From assembly GCA_910585735.1 (NCBI GenBank), contig CAJUEU010000003.1:22613-86612 (forward strand): a stretch of DNA of 64,000 nucleotides. The letters are read 5' to 3'. The translations under genes and the position numbers were made by a program. How positions within the stretch are numbered: position 1 is the stretch's first letter; the number at the start of each line of letters is the position of its first letter. This stretch comes from an uncultured Oscillospiraceae bacterium (GTDB lineage Bacteria; Bacillota; Clostridia; Oscillospirales; Oscillospiraceae). Below the pieces are notes generated by a model. The model was not told where the DNA came from and did not search any database. It saw only the letters and a list, made by a program, of their open reading frames with translations. Below, in pieces: positions 9,796 through 17,220 of this stretch.

Positions 9796-12105
9796 TTACT
9801 GCTCGGCTACGATCTGGCCGGCCGCGAAGCCGTTGGTGCAGGCCATGCCGATGGAGTTGCCGGCCGAGGGGCAGCTGTAGCCCAGGCCGTACCGGCCGCC
9901 CATGGCGTTACCTACGGCGTAAAGGCCCTTGATGGGGTGGAAGGAAACGCTCTTACGCTTGCCACCGCCAGGGCCGCCGGGACCGCCGGGACCGCCCGCG
10001 GCGGCCTCTACCTCAACGACCTCCATGCCCATGACCTGATACTCCTCGTTGGTGATAAGGCCGGACATGGTGACCATGGCGGGGGTGGGAGCCGAAGCGC
10101 CCACAGAGCCCACACTGGCGTAGAAGGGGGCCTTCTCAATGGGGATCATAGCGATCTTGCCCTTGCCGTAGTCAGTGTCTGCGCCGGCATGGCACAGCTC
10201 GTTGTAGTGGGCGATGCTCTCCAGGGCCACCTTCTTGGTGGCCTCGTCGTAGCCGCAGAGGGTCAGCAGCTCCTCCAGGGAGTTGGCCTTGTACATCTTG
10301 GTGTAGCCACGCTCCATAATGGTGCCGGTCTTGATGGTGATCTGCCCGTTCTCATCGGGCTCGCTCTCCATGCCTGCGGCCATGTCGGCCCAGAACTGGG
10401 GACGGCCGAAGTCAGGGCCGCCGTGCTCCATGCCGGAGCCGGTGGCGCTGAGGGCCCAGTTGGCATCCACCAGCATGACGGCAATGCCGGACTCCTGAAG
10501 GTAGGTGGCCCGGTTGGCCGAGGACATGTTGCCCTCGTTGCAGTACCGCTTGCCCTTGGCGTTGAGCCACAGGCAGCTGTTAGCGCCCCAGGGGCTGGAC
10601 ACGCCGCCGCCCAGGAGCATGGTGCCCCGGGGAGCGGGATCGATATAGCCGCCGGCCCAGCAGCCCAGCTTGATGGCAGAGCCGTCACGGCCGCCCATGA
10701 AGGAGAAGAAACTGTCCTTCTCGCCGCCGCCCCGCTCGTTTTCTTCCATGTACTCGTTCAGGAGGGCCCAGCACATATCCTTGTTGGCCGCGTAACCGCC
10801 GCCGGCCAGGATGACGCCCTTGCTGGTGTTGTACTGGATGACCTTGTCGCCCACTTTGGCGATGACGCCGGTGACCTCGCCCTTGTCGTTCTGGACCAGC
10901 ACCTGGGCGCTGGCGTCAAAGTGAACGGTGGCGCCCATATCCACGGCCTTGGCCACGCAAGCGCTCTGGACGTAGCGGATGGTGGAATTGGCGGCCACGC
11001 CCTGGATGGGCTCGTCGTTGTACTTACCGGCGAAGGTCACCGTGGTGGCCCAGGTCTTGGTGCCGGTGACGATGGGGTAGTTGGTCAGGTTCTCGCACTG
11101 GTAGACGTCCAGGCCCTGGGCCAGCTTAGCGGGGTCCATCTGGGTCTGGATGAAAAGCTGGCCGTTGGGAGTGTTGTCGTAGACCAGCATGATCTCCTCC
11201 AGGGTTTTCACGTTGTTTTCCAGAACGGTACCCTTAATGCCGTCCAGGGAGGCGTAACGCTCCTTGTCGGCCAGGACCTCCTTGGCCACATCCAGCATGT
11301 TGTCCACCATGGGGCCGGAATTGTGGACGAAAGAGCGGATGATGGCGGGGTTGCAGCGGCCACCAGCCCGGAGAACGTACTCGTTGACGATCTCGCCCAA
11401 GTCGTACTCCTTGATACCGTGCTCCTTGGCCAGCTTAGTGTTATAGGCGCCGATGTCCTCACCGTACCAATCAAAAATGTCAGCCCCCTGCTTCTCCAGC
11501 ACCACCACGTTCTTAGCCCCTGCCTGCATGGCGGTAAGGACGGCCTGGGTGCCGGCGTGACCCAGGCCCACGATGACCATCTCCACATCCTGGGTCTCGT
11601 CGGGGGTGAGGGAAGGGGCTTCGCCCAGCCAGTCGCCGGGGCCGGAGTAGCCCTTCACCCGGGCTTCGCCGCTGTCGGCGTTGGGGTCGGCCACAGGGAT
11701 CTGAACGCTCTCCCCCTTGGCTTGGGCGATACAGGCAGCCGCCGCCTGCTTTACGGCGTCACTGGTAATGGTGGCGCCGCCTACGGCGTCGATCTCGGCG
11801 CTCTGGGCGTCCAGGATGGCCTGCTTCAGCTTGTCGCCGGCGGCCTGGCCAATGCTGTCGGTCTCGCCGGACAGGTCCAGGACCACATCGGTAATGCTGT
11901 TGGCGTCGAAGGTCATGGAGACCTCGATCTCGGCCATGCCGGTGGCCTTGGCCTTGTATGTACCGGGAGTGTAGATCCCGTTTGCCTCGGGGGTGGGCTT
12001 GCTGCCGTTGTCGCCGCAGGCGCTCAGCACGCCCATGGTAGCAACACCGGCAATGCCGGCGGCCGCGCCCTTGATAAAGTCACGGCGGGATAAATTCTTG
12101 CTCAT
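9796..12105 (-). CDS. Tat/lipoprotein-signal flavoprotein reductase: N-terminal FMN-binding domain plus FAD-dependent fumarate/urocanate-reductase-like domain
   Basis: N-terminus SRRDFIKGAAAGIAGVATMGVLSAC (twin-Arg plus lipobox). Flavinylation-type motif DAVGGATITS. Dinucleotide fold VIVGLGHAGTQAVLTAMQAGAKNVVVLEK. C-terminal LYAVGNAMGGRYG. Confidence 0.85.
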   Translation of the reverse strand: MSKNLSRRDFIKGAAAGIAGVATMGVLSACGDNGSKPTPEANGIYTPGTYKAKATGMAEIEVSMTFDANSITDVVLDLSGETDSIGQAAGDKLKQAILDAQSAEIDAVGGATITSDAVKQAAAACIAQAKGESVQIPVADPNADSGEARVKGYSGPGDWLGEAPSLTPDETQDVEMVIVGLGHAGTQAVLTAMQAGAKNVVVLEKQGADIFDWYGEDIGAYNTKLAKEHGIKEYDLGEIVNEYVLRAGGRCNPAIIRSFVHNSGPMVDNMLDVAKEVLADKERYASLDGIKGTVLENNVKTLEEIMLVYDNTPNGQLFIQTQMDPAKLAQGLDVYQCENLTNYPIVTGTKTWATTVTFAGKYNDEPIQGVAANSTIRYVQSACVAKAVDMGATVHFDASAQVLVQNDKGEVTGVIAKVGDKVIQYNTSKGVILAGGGYAANKDMCWALLNEYMEENERGGGEKDSFFSFMGGRDGSAIKLGCWAGGYIDPAPRGTMLLGGGVSSPWGANSCLWLNAKGKRYCNEGNMSSANRATYLQESGIAVMLVDANWALSATGSGMEHGGPDFGRPQFWADMAAGMESEPDENGQITIKTGTIMERGYTKMYKANSLEELLTLCGYDEATKKVALESIAHYNELCHAGADTDYGKGKIAMIPIEKAPFYASVGSVGASAPTPAMVTMSGLITNEEYQVMGMEVVEVEAAAGGPGGPGGPGGGKRKSVSFHPIKGLYAVGNAMGGRYGLGYSCPSAGNSIGMACTNGFAAGQIVAEQ

Positions 12106-12156
12106 AGTTCATGCATCCTTTCCTAAAAATTTTGGGACAATTTTGAGACCTGAAAC

Positions 12157-12185
12157 TTGACACGATTTTACTCGTATTATATGAT
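12157..12185 (+). promoter_or_regulatory. putative promoter of the TetR gene, with a palindrome over the -10
   Basis: TTGACA, 17 nt, TATGAT. Palindrome ATGATAAATCAT (12181-12192) overlaps the -10. Confidence 0.5.
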
Positions 12186-12266
12186 AAATCATAAGCAGGC
12201 AGGAAGGAAAAAGCAAGACGTGCGGCTGTTACAGGTTTGTGGCTTTTGTAACGCAGGGAGGGAGAC

Positions 12267-12824
12267 ATGAACGCGGAAAAGCGGGAAGAGGAACTGATTC
12301 GGCACAAAATTGCCTACGCCTATCTGGAGCTTTTGCGGAAGAAGGCCCGGGATGAGATCTCGGTTACCGAGCTCGCAAAGGCGGCAGGGGTCTCCCGTAT
12401 GGCCTTTTACCGAAAGTTTGGGAGCAAATGGGACGTAGTGGACTTCTACCTGGGGGGCATTATGCACTGGGAGGTGGCCTGGGATGAGCGAAACGGCGGG
12501 GACCTGAACATATGGGACCTGGAATATGGTACCCGCTTTTTTAAGGCCATGAAGGAGCACCGGGAGGACATCCTCACCCTGGTGGACCGGGGCTATGCCA
12601 CCCTGCTCCTGCGGGTCATCAACATGACCAACGAGAACGCCGGGGGCGACATGTCCATCCGTTCTATAGAGAGGTACAACCTTTATTTTCTGGCGGGAGC
12701 GGGCTTCAACGCTATGCTTATCTGGCTCCGGGACGGGTGCCGGGAGAGCCCCGAGGAAATGGCCCGGGCCCTCCGGGATTACATGAGCTCGGGGGAAAGG
12801 ATCCGCCGGGGGCGGTTGGAGTGA
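12267..12824 (+). CDS. TetR/AcrR family transcriptional regulator
   Basis: N-terminal HTH ISVTELAKAAGVSRMAFYRKFGSKWDVV. Divergent from the flavoprotein gene. Confidence 0.88.
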   Translation: MNAEKREEELIRHKIAYAYLELLRKKARDEISVTELAKAAGVSRMAFYRKFGSKWDVVDFYLGGIMHWEVAWDERNGGDLNIWDLEYGTRFFKAMKEHREDILTLVDRGYATLLLRVINMTNENAGGDMSIRSIERYNLYFLAGAGFNAMLIWLRDGCRESPEEMARALRDYMSSGERIRRGRLE

Positions 12825-12897
12825 AAGGGACCAGGAAAGAACCATACTGTTATAGAGAGCGTTGGCATTCTTTGAGAAAGAAGCAGGTGACGTCGGC

Positions 12898-14385
12898 ATG
12901 AGAAAAGCAGGGATCCTGATGCCCATTTCCGCACTGCCCTCCCCTTATGGGATCGGCACGCTGGGGGCGGCGGCCCGGGAGTTCGCGGACTTTTTGGCGG
13001 CAGGGGGCCAGCGCTGCTGGCAGCTCCTCCCCGTAGGGCCCACCAGTTACGGGGACTCCCCCTATCAGTCCTTCTCCTCCTTTGCGGGGAACCCTTATTT
13101 CATCGACCTGGATACCTTGGCCCAGGAGGGACTGTTGGAGCCCAGGGAATATCGGAATTTGAACTGGGGGGAGGATCCGGCGGCGGTAGACTACGGTCTT
13201 CTCTACCAAAACCGCTATAAGGTGCTGCGGAAAGCCTGTAAGCGGCTTTTGGAGCAGGACCGGCCCGATTTCCACCAATTTTGTACCGATCAGGCCTTTT
13301 GGTTGGAGGATTATGCCCTCTTCATGGCCCTGAAGGACGCCCATAAGGGGACCTCCTGGCAGGCCTGGCCCGAGGGGCTCCGCCTCCGCCAGCCCGAGGC
13401 GCTGGACAAGGCCCGGGAGAAGCATGGGGAAAGGATCGGCTTCTGGAAGGGGGTCCAGTACCTCTTTTTTCACCAGTGGGAGAACTGGAAGACCTATGTG
13501 AACGAGCGGGGTATCTCGGTCCTTGGAGACCTGCCCATCTACGTGTCCGGGGACAGCGCCGACGTGTGGGCCAACCAGGACCAATTTCAAATGGACGACC
13601 AGGGTCGGCCCACCGAAGTGGCCGGCTGTCCCCCCGATGGCTTCTCGGCCGACGGTCAGCTCTGGGGCAACCCTCTCTTTGATTGGGAGAAAATGGAGGA
13701 GGACGGTTACGCCTGGTGGCTTCGGCGGATCCAGTTCCAGTTCCGGCTTTACGACACCCTGCGCATCGACCACTTTCGGGGCTTTGAGTCCTATTACGCC
13801 ATCCCCTATGGGGAGGACACTGCCCGGAACGGCCGCTGGCGGCCCGGGCCTGGGATCCGCTTTTTCCGAAGGGTGAACGAGGTGTTGGGGGAGAAGGACA
13901 TCATTGCCGAGGACCTGGGCTTCCTCACCCCCGAGGTCCATGCGCTGCTGCGGGAATCGGGCTATCCAGGGATGAAGATCCTGGAGTTTGCTTTTGACCG
14001 CCGGGATGGAGGAAACGATTATCTGCCTCACACCTACCCCACCCACTGTGTGGTCTATACCGGCACCCACGACAACGACACGATTCAGGGGTGGATGGCA
14101 TCCGCTCCACCCCAGGACGTAGATTTTGCCAAGGCTTACCTCCGCCTTACCGAGGGGGAGGGCTACCACTGGGGCATGATGCGCTCGGCCTGGGCCTCTC
14201 CCGCCGACCTGGCGGTGATGCAGTTCCAGGACCTGCTGGGGCTGGGGAGCGAGGCCCGGATGAATACGCCTTCTACTCTGGGGAGCAACTGGAAATGGCG
14301 GACCTTGCCAGGTACTTACCACGAGGCGTTGGCCCATAAGCTCTACGAGGATATGCGGGTCTACCAGCGTTTGAATCGAAATTAA
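12898..14385 (+). CDS. malQ: 4-alpha-glucanotransferase (amylomaltase)
   Basis: MRKAGILMPISALPSPYGIGTLG...SPYQSFSSFAGNPYFID...RIDHFRGF...GTHDNDT, GH77 signatures. Start moved to ATG 12898. Confidence 0.93.
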   Translation: MRKAGILMPISALPSPYGIGTLGAAAREFADFLAAGGQRCWQLLPVGPTSYGDSPYQSFSSFAGNPYFIDLDTLAQEGLLEPREYRNLNWGEDPAAVDYGLLYQNRYKVLRKACKRLLEQDRPDFHQFCTDQAFWLEDYALFMALKDAHKGTSWQAWPEGLRLRQPEALDKAREKHGERIGFWKGVQYLFFHQWENWKTYVNERGISVLGDLPIYVSGDSADVWANQDQFQMDDQGRPTEVAGCPPDGFSADGQLWGNPLFDWEKMEEDGYAWWLRRIQFQFRLYDTLRIDHFRGFESYYAIPYGEDTARNGRWRPGPGIRFFRRVNEVLGEKDIIAEDLGFLTPEVHALLRESGYPGMKILEFAFDRRDGGNDYLPHTYPTHCVVYTGTHDNDTIQGWMASAPPQDVDFAKAYLRLTEGEGYHWGMMRSAWASPADLAVMQFQDLLGLGSEARMNTPSTLGSNWKWRTLPGTYHEALAHKLYEDMRVYQRLNRN

Positions 14386-14396
14386 GTCGCAAGCAG

Positions 14397-14434
14397 AAAC
14401 AGGGAGCGGGGGAAAGCCCGCTCCCTGTTTTCGC
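14397..14434 (+). terminator. malQ terminator
   Basis: Stem AAACAGGGAGCGGG/CCCGCTCCCTGTTT, followed by TTT. Confidence 0.75.
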
Positions 14435-14603
14435 CGTAAAGCAAAGGGAACTAATTTCTCATATATGAGTTGGCGGCAGGACTCTTTTTTTGCCATAATA
14501 GGTCGAGACAGGGAACCTTCTGGCGGAAGAAGGCGAATTTTTTGCTTTTGCCGGGGGGACAAGCAATTCTCCGGCCTTGGCCGGAAGGGGAGGAGGAGCG
14601 TGG

Positions 14604-14933
14604 ATGCGGGAGGTACAGGAGCTTTTGCGCCGGCTGGGGCTCACTGAACGGTACGTGGGCTTTTTTTACACGGCATGCGCGGTGGAGCTGTGTATGGACC
14701 AGCCTGAGCGGCTGATGTTTGTGACCAAATGGATCTACCCGGATGTGGCCAAACGGTACCAGACAAACTGGACGGCGGTGGAGCGAAGCATCCGCACGGT
14801 GCGGGGTATGCTTTGGAAAAACAACAGGCAGGGGCTGGAATTTTTGGTGGGACGGCCTCTGACGGAGAAGCCGGGCGCCGCGCAGTTTCTGGCTATGCTG
14901 GCCGAAGGAACAGCCCGGCGCGCCTCAGAATAA
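14604..14933 (+). CDS. stand-alone Spo0A C-terminal (Spo0A_C) DNA-binding-domain protein
   Basis: LGLTERYVGFFYTACAVEL...VTKWIYPDVAKRYQTNWTAVERSIRTVRGMLW...KPGAAQFLAMLAE parallels the Spo0A effector domain (IGVPAHIKGY...[28 protein letters not shown]...KPTNSEFIAMVAD, from memory). No receiver domain. ATG 14604 follows GGAGGAGGAG. Confidence 0.75.
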   Translation: MREVQELLRRLGLTERYVGFFYTACAVELCMDQPERLMFVTKWIYPDVAKRYQTNWTAVERSIRTVRGMLWKNNRQGLEFLVGRPLTEKPGAAQFLAMLAEGTARRASE

Positions 14934-14990
14934 AAGAGCCGGACATTACGCCTCCTCTCTGGGCGGCGCAATGTCCGGCTCTTTTATTTT
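14932..14990 (+). terminator. terminator after the Spo0A_C gene
   Basis: 16-bp stem AAAAGAGCCGGACATT/AATGTCCGGCTCTTTT, followed by ATTTT. Confidence 0.7.
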
Positions 14991-15090
14991 CCTTTGAGGA
15001 TGGGCCGCCAGTCTTTTGCCAGTCCTCTGTTCGGCGCCGCAGGGAAGGAGTCCTGTGGTGGTTGGAGGAACAGTAATGGACATATTTTAA

Positions 15091-15150
15091 TTAAAATTTT
15101 AATATATAATTATATCTATAATATAATTATATATCAAATTAAAATTTTAA
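15091..15150. repeat. AT-rich imperfect inverted repeat (candidate operator) abutting the islet promoter
   Basis: Left arm TTAAAATTTTAATATATAATTATAT (15091-15115). Right arm ATATAATTATATATCAAATTAAAATTTTAA (15121-15150). Its reverse complement matches the left arm apart from a 3-nt insertion. Confidence 0.6.
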
Positions 15151-15178
15151 TGACATTTGAAAAATGATGTGCTATAAT
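15150..15178 (+). promoter_or_regulatory. putative sigma-A promoter of the islet operon
   Basis: ATGACA, 17 nt, TATAAT with a TGTGC extended -10 context. The -35 touches the right arm of the inverted repeat. Confidence 0.6.
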
Positions 15179-15210
15179 AGAAAAACATCAATAGGGGGAG
15201 GTGATGGATA

Positions 15211-15489
15211 ATGCGGCGAAGTGATCCAATGGATCACCTGGTCTCTATTAGTGCGTTGAATCAGGGACAAGCATCTAAAGTGCTGAACAGAGTTACCGAT
15301 GAGCATGAAATAATTATATTAAAAAACAATCAAGCGAAAGCCGTTATTATCTCTCCCGATCAATTTAGAAGCTACGCCGAACTGGCGGAAATATGCAGTG
15401 TCATTGTGGAGGAGAAGCTAATTTCTGAAGATCAAGAGCAAAAAATTCGTGCCCTCTTGAAGAAGACGAAGCTTTACACGGAAGAGTAA
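15211..15489 (+). CDS. Phd/YefM-family antitoxin-like protein
   Basis: ISALNQGQASKVLNRVTDEHEIIILKNNQAKAVIISPDQFRSY fits the Phd/YefM N-terminal fold pattern. Acidic/basic C-terminal tail. RBS GGGGGAGG lies 9 nt upstream. Confidence 0.7.
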   Translation: MRRSDPMDHLVSISALNQGQASKVLNRVTDEHEIIILKNNQAKAVIISPDQFRSYAELAEICSVIVEEKLISEDQEQKIRALLKKTKLYTEE

Positions 15490-15547
15490 AGGGATGTTTA
15501 TGGGACATGGGTTTGCTTTATACTTGGTATGAGAGGAGGCCAAAACT

Positions 15548-16480
15548 GTGGCAGAGTTTTTTGATTTTAGCCAGTGGCAAAAGCCGGAAGAACTATCTGC
15601 GGGAAGTGGAGCCAGTGAAAAGATATGGCTTCGTTCGCCAGATGGGGAAAGAACAGGCCTCTTTAAATTTCCCAAAACCCGAAATTATCCGGGGAAGCCG
15701 GAGACAACGTCCACAGAGCATGTATCAGAGTGGCTGGCCTCACAATTGGGAAAGATTTTGGGTGTTCCTTGCGCCGAGGTCGAACTGGGAAGCTATTATG
15801 GCCGAAAGGGCAGTTTAAGTGTCCTAATTACTGACAATAAGAAGGAACATTTGGAGCTGAATGAAGGCGTTGCGTTTATCAAGGAATTGTATCCACAATA
15901 CGACGCAAAAGAAATGGTCGACAAGGCCTCCAAAACCTATTACTGTTTAGACCAAATCCTGGAGGCAACAAAGGAATATCTTCCCATACAATTTTGGATC
16001 GAAGTCCTCCTGTTCGACTTTTTGATTGGCAACACAGACCGTCATCAAAGCAACTGGGCGCTGTTAAAGGACGAAGCCGGACAGTATCGTCAATGCCCGC
16101 TTTATGATAATGGGTCATCGCTGTGCAGCTACATTGAAGAGGATCAACTGGAGCGGCTGTTTTCTAAAGATAGCGGCCCTATGAGGCGCTTAACGGATAC
16201 TGGGTCGCGGTCCAAAATACGGATAGATGGGGCGGTCAAAAAAGCTCCCACGCACAAAGAAGTTATCCGTCATATTCTGGATCAGTATCCACGCAGCGCG
16301 GTGCCTACAGCCCGTAATTTTTTAGAGCGGCTTACCCAAGAGAAAATAGAAAGTCTTTTGAACGAATTGCCGAATGATATTTTTTCAGGGGGCCGCAAAA
16401 CGCTCGCTTTATATTATTTAGGTGAGAAGAAACGCATTTTATCTCAGCTGCTAAAGGAAGGAATAACCAATTATGGCTAA
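15548..16480 (+). CDS. HipA-family Ser/Thr kinase, core kinase domain only (HipT-like truncation)
   Basis: Gly-rich loop SAGSGASEKIW, catalytic FLIGNTDRHQSNWALL, and Mg-binding CPLYDNGSSL. 310 aa against 440 aa for E. coli HipA (from memory). GTG start sits 8 nt after GGAGG. Confidence 0.8.
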   Translation: MAEFFDFSQWQKPEELSAGSGASEKIWLRSPDGERTGLFKFPKTRNYPGKPETTSTEHVSEWLASQLGKILGVPCAEVELGSYYGRKGSLSVLITDNKKEHLELNEGVAFIKELYPQYDAKEMVDKASKTYYCLDQILEATKEYLPIQFWIEVLLFDFLIGNTDRHQSNWALLKDEAGQYRQCPLYDNGSSLCSYIEEDQLERLFSKDSGPMRRLTDTGSRSKIRIDGAVKKAPTHKEVIRHILDQYPRSAVPTARNFLERLTQEKIESLLNELPNDIFSGGRKTLALYYLGEKKRILSQLLKEGITNYG

Positions 16481-17174
16481 GAAAAATGGATTGGATTATA
16501 TTTATGTTGTGTGGCAGGATCCTAAAAGCCGCAGCAAATTTGTAATTGGTACTCTTACCCGCAATGGGCATTATGAATTTACCTATGGGGAGGAGTTGGA
16601 ACAGGCCAAGAAGTGCGGCTTTATGCCGATGGTGGCATTTCCCTCATTTGAAGCAAGGTATGTAGAGGATACAGTATTCCCAACATTTTCTTGCCGGCTT
16701 CCCGATGTAAAAAGAAAAGACATTCAGCGCATTTTGGCCGATTGCGGATTAACGGAATATGATGAATTTGAGCTTTTGAAAAAGAGTGGAGCAAAACTTC
16801 CTACTGACACATTAGAGTTTATTGACCCGATTTTTGACGACCAGGAGGTTGTGGACCGCACATTCCATGTTGCGGGGATGCGATATTACATGGATTGCGG
16901 GGGAGAAAATTGCGGTGCTGTTTCGCAGTTGCCTTCTGGAACTACTTTGATCCTTCGACGTGAACCAGATAACCAGCACGACCCTCATGCGGTTCAAGTC
17001 ATGACCAGGGAGGGGGTAATGCTTGGATACTTACCCAGATATTATAGTGAGGCGGTGTCTAAGCGGCTGGAAAAAGGAATGAGCTATACCTGCCAGGTCG
17101 CAACTCATAGCTGTGAAAAAATGTGTGGCGAATGTTTAAAAGTCAAATTGCGGATGCCGGCAATTCTTGTGTAG
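16473..17174 (+). CDS. HipS-like (HipA N-terminal subdomain-like) domain fused to a HIRAN domain
   Basis: N-terminal region: VIGTLTRNGHYEFTYGEE...FPTFSCRLPDVKRKDIQRILADCGLTEYDEFELLKKSGAKLPTDTLEF resembles the HipA N-terminal/HipS pattern. C-terminal region: FHVAGMRYY...LILRREPDNQHDPHAVQV...MLGYLPRYYSEAVSKRL is a HIRAN signature. The start overlaps the kinase stop (ATGGCTAA). Confidence 0.75.
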   Translation: MAKKNGLDYIYVVWQDPKSRSKFVIGTLTRNGHYEFTYGEELEQAKKCGFMPMVAFPSFEARYVEDTVFPTFSCRLPDVKRKDIQRILADCGLTEYDEFELLKKSGAKLPTDTLEFIDPIFDDQEVVDRTFHVAGMRYYMDCGGENCGAVSQLPSGTTLILRREPDNQHDPHAVQVMTREGVMLGYLPRYYSEAVSKRLEKGMSYTCQVATHSCEKMCGECLKVKLRMPAILV

Positions 17175-17186
17175 TGGCAGTTGTGT

Positions 17187-17220
17187 AAAGGAGGCCGTCC
17201 CGCGGGACGGCCTCCTTTGT
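17187..17220. terminator. bidirectional terminator closing the islet and the deacetylase gene
   Basis: 15-bp stem AAAGGAGGCCGTCCC/GGGACGGCCTCCTTT. Confidence 0.8.

Noticed and set aside
9937-12093. 718-aa ORF antisense to the flavoprotein reductase. Equivalent long shadows occur at 7973-9709, 12850-14562, 17167-18084, 25834-27720, 34530-35726, 40354-41973, 48688-50112, 53230-54963, 56692-58140 and 59020-59967.
   Set aside because: All lie exactly opposite genes with strong family signatures. They have low-complexity, G/A/L/H/P/R-rich translations without RBS support. They were judged to be GC-driven artefacts, not overlapping genes.
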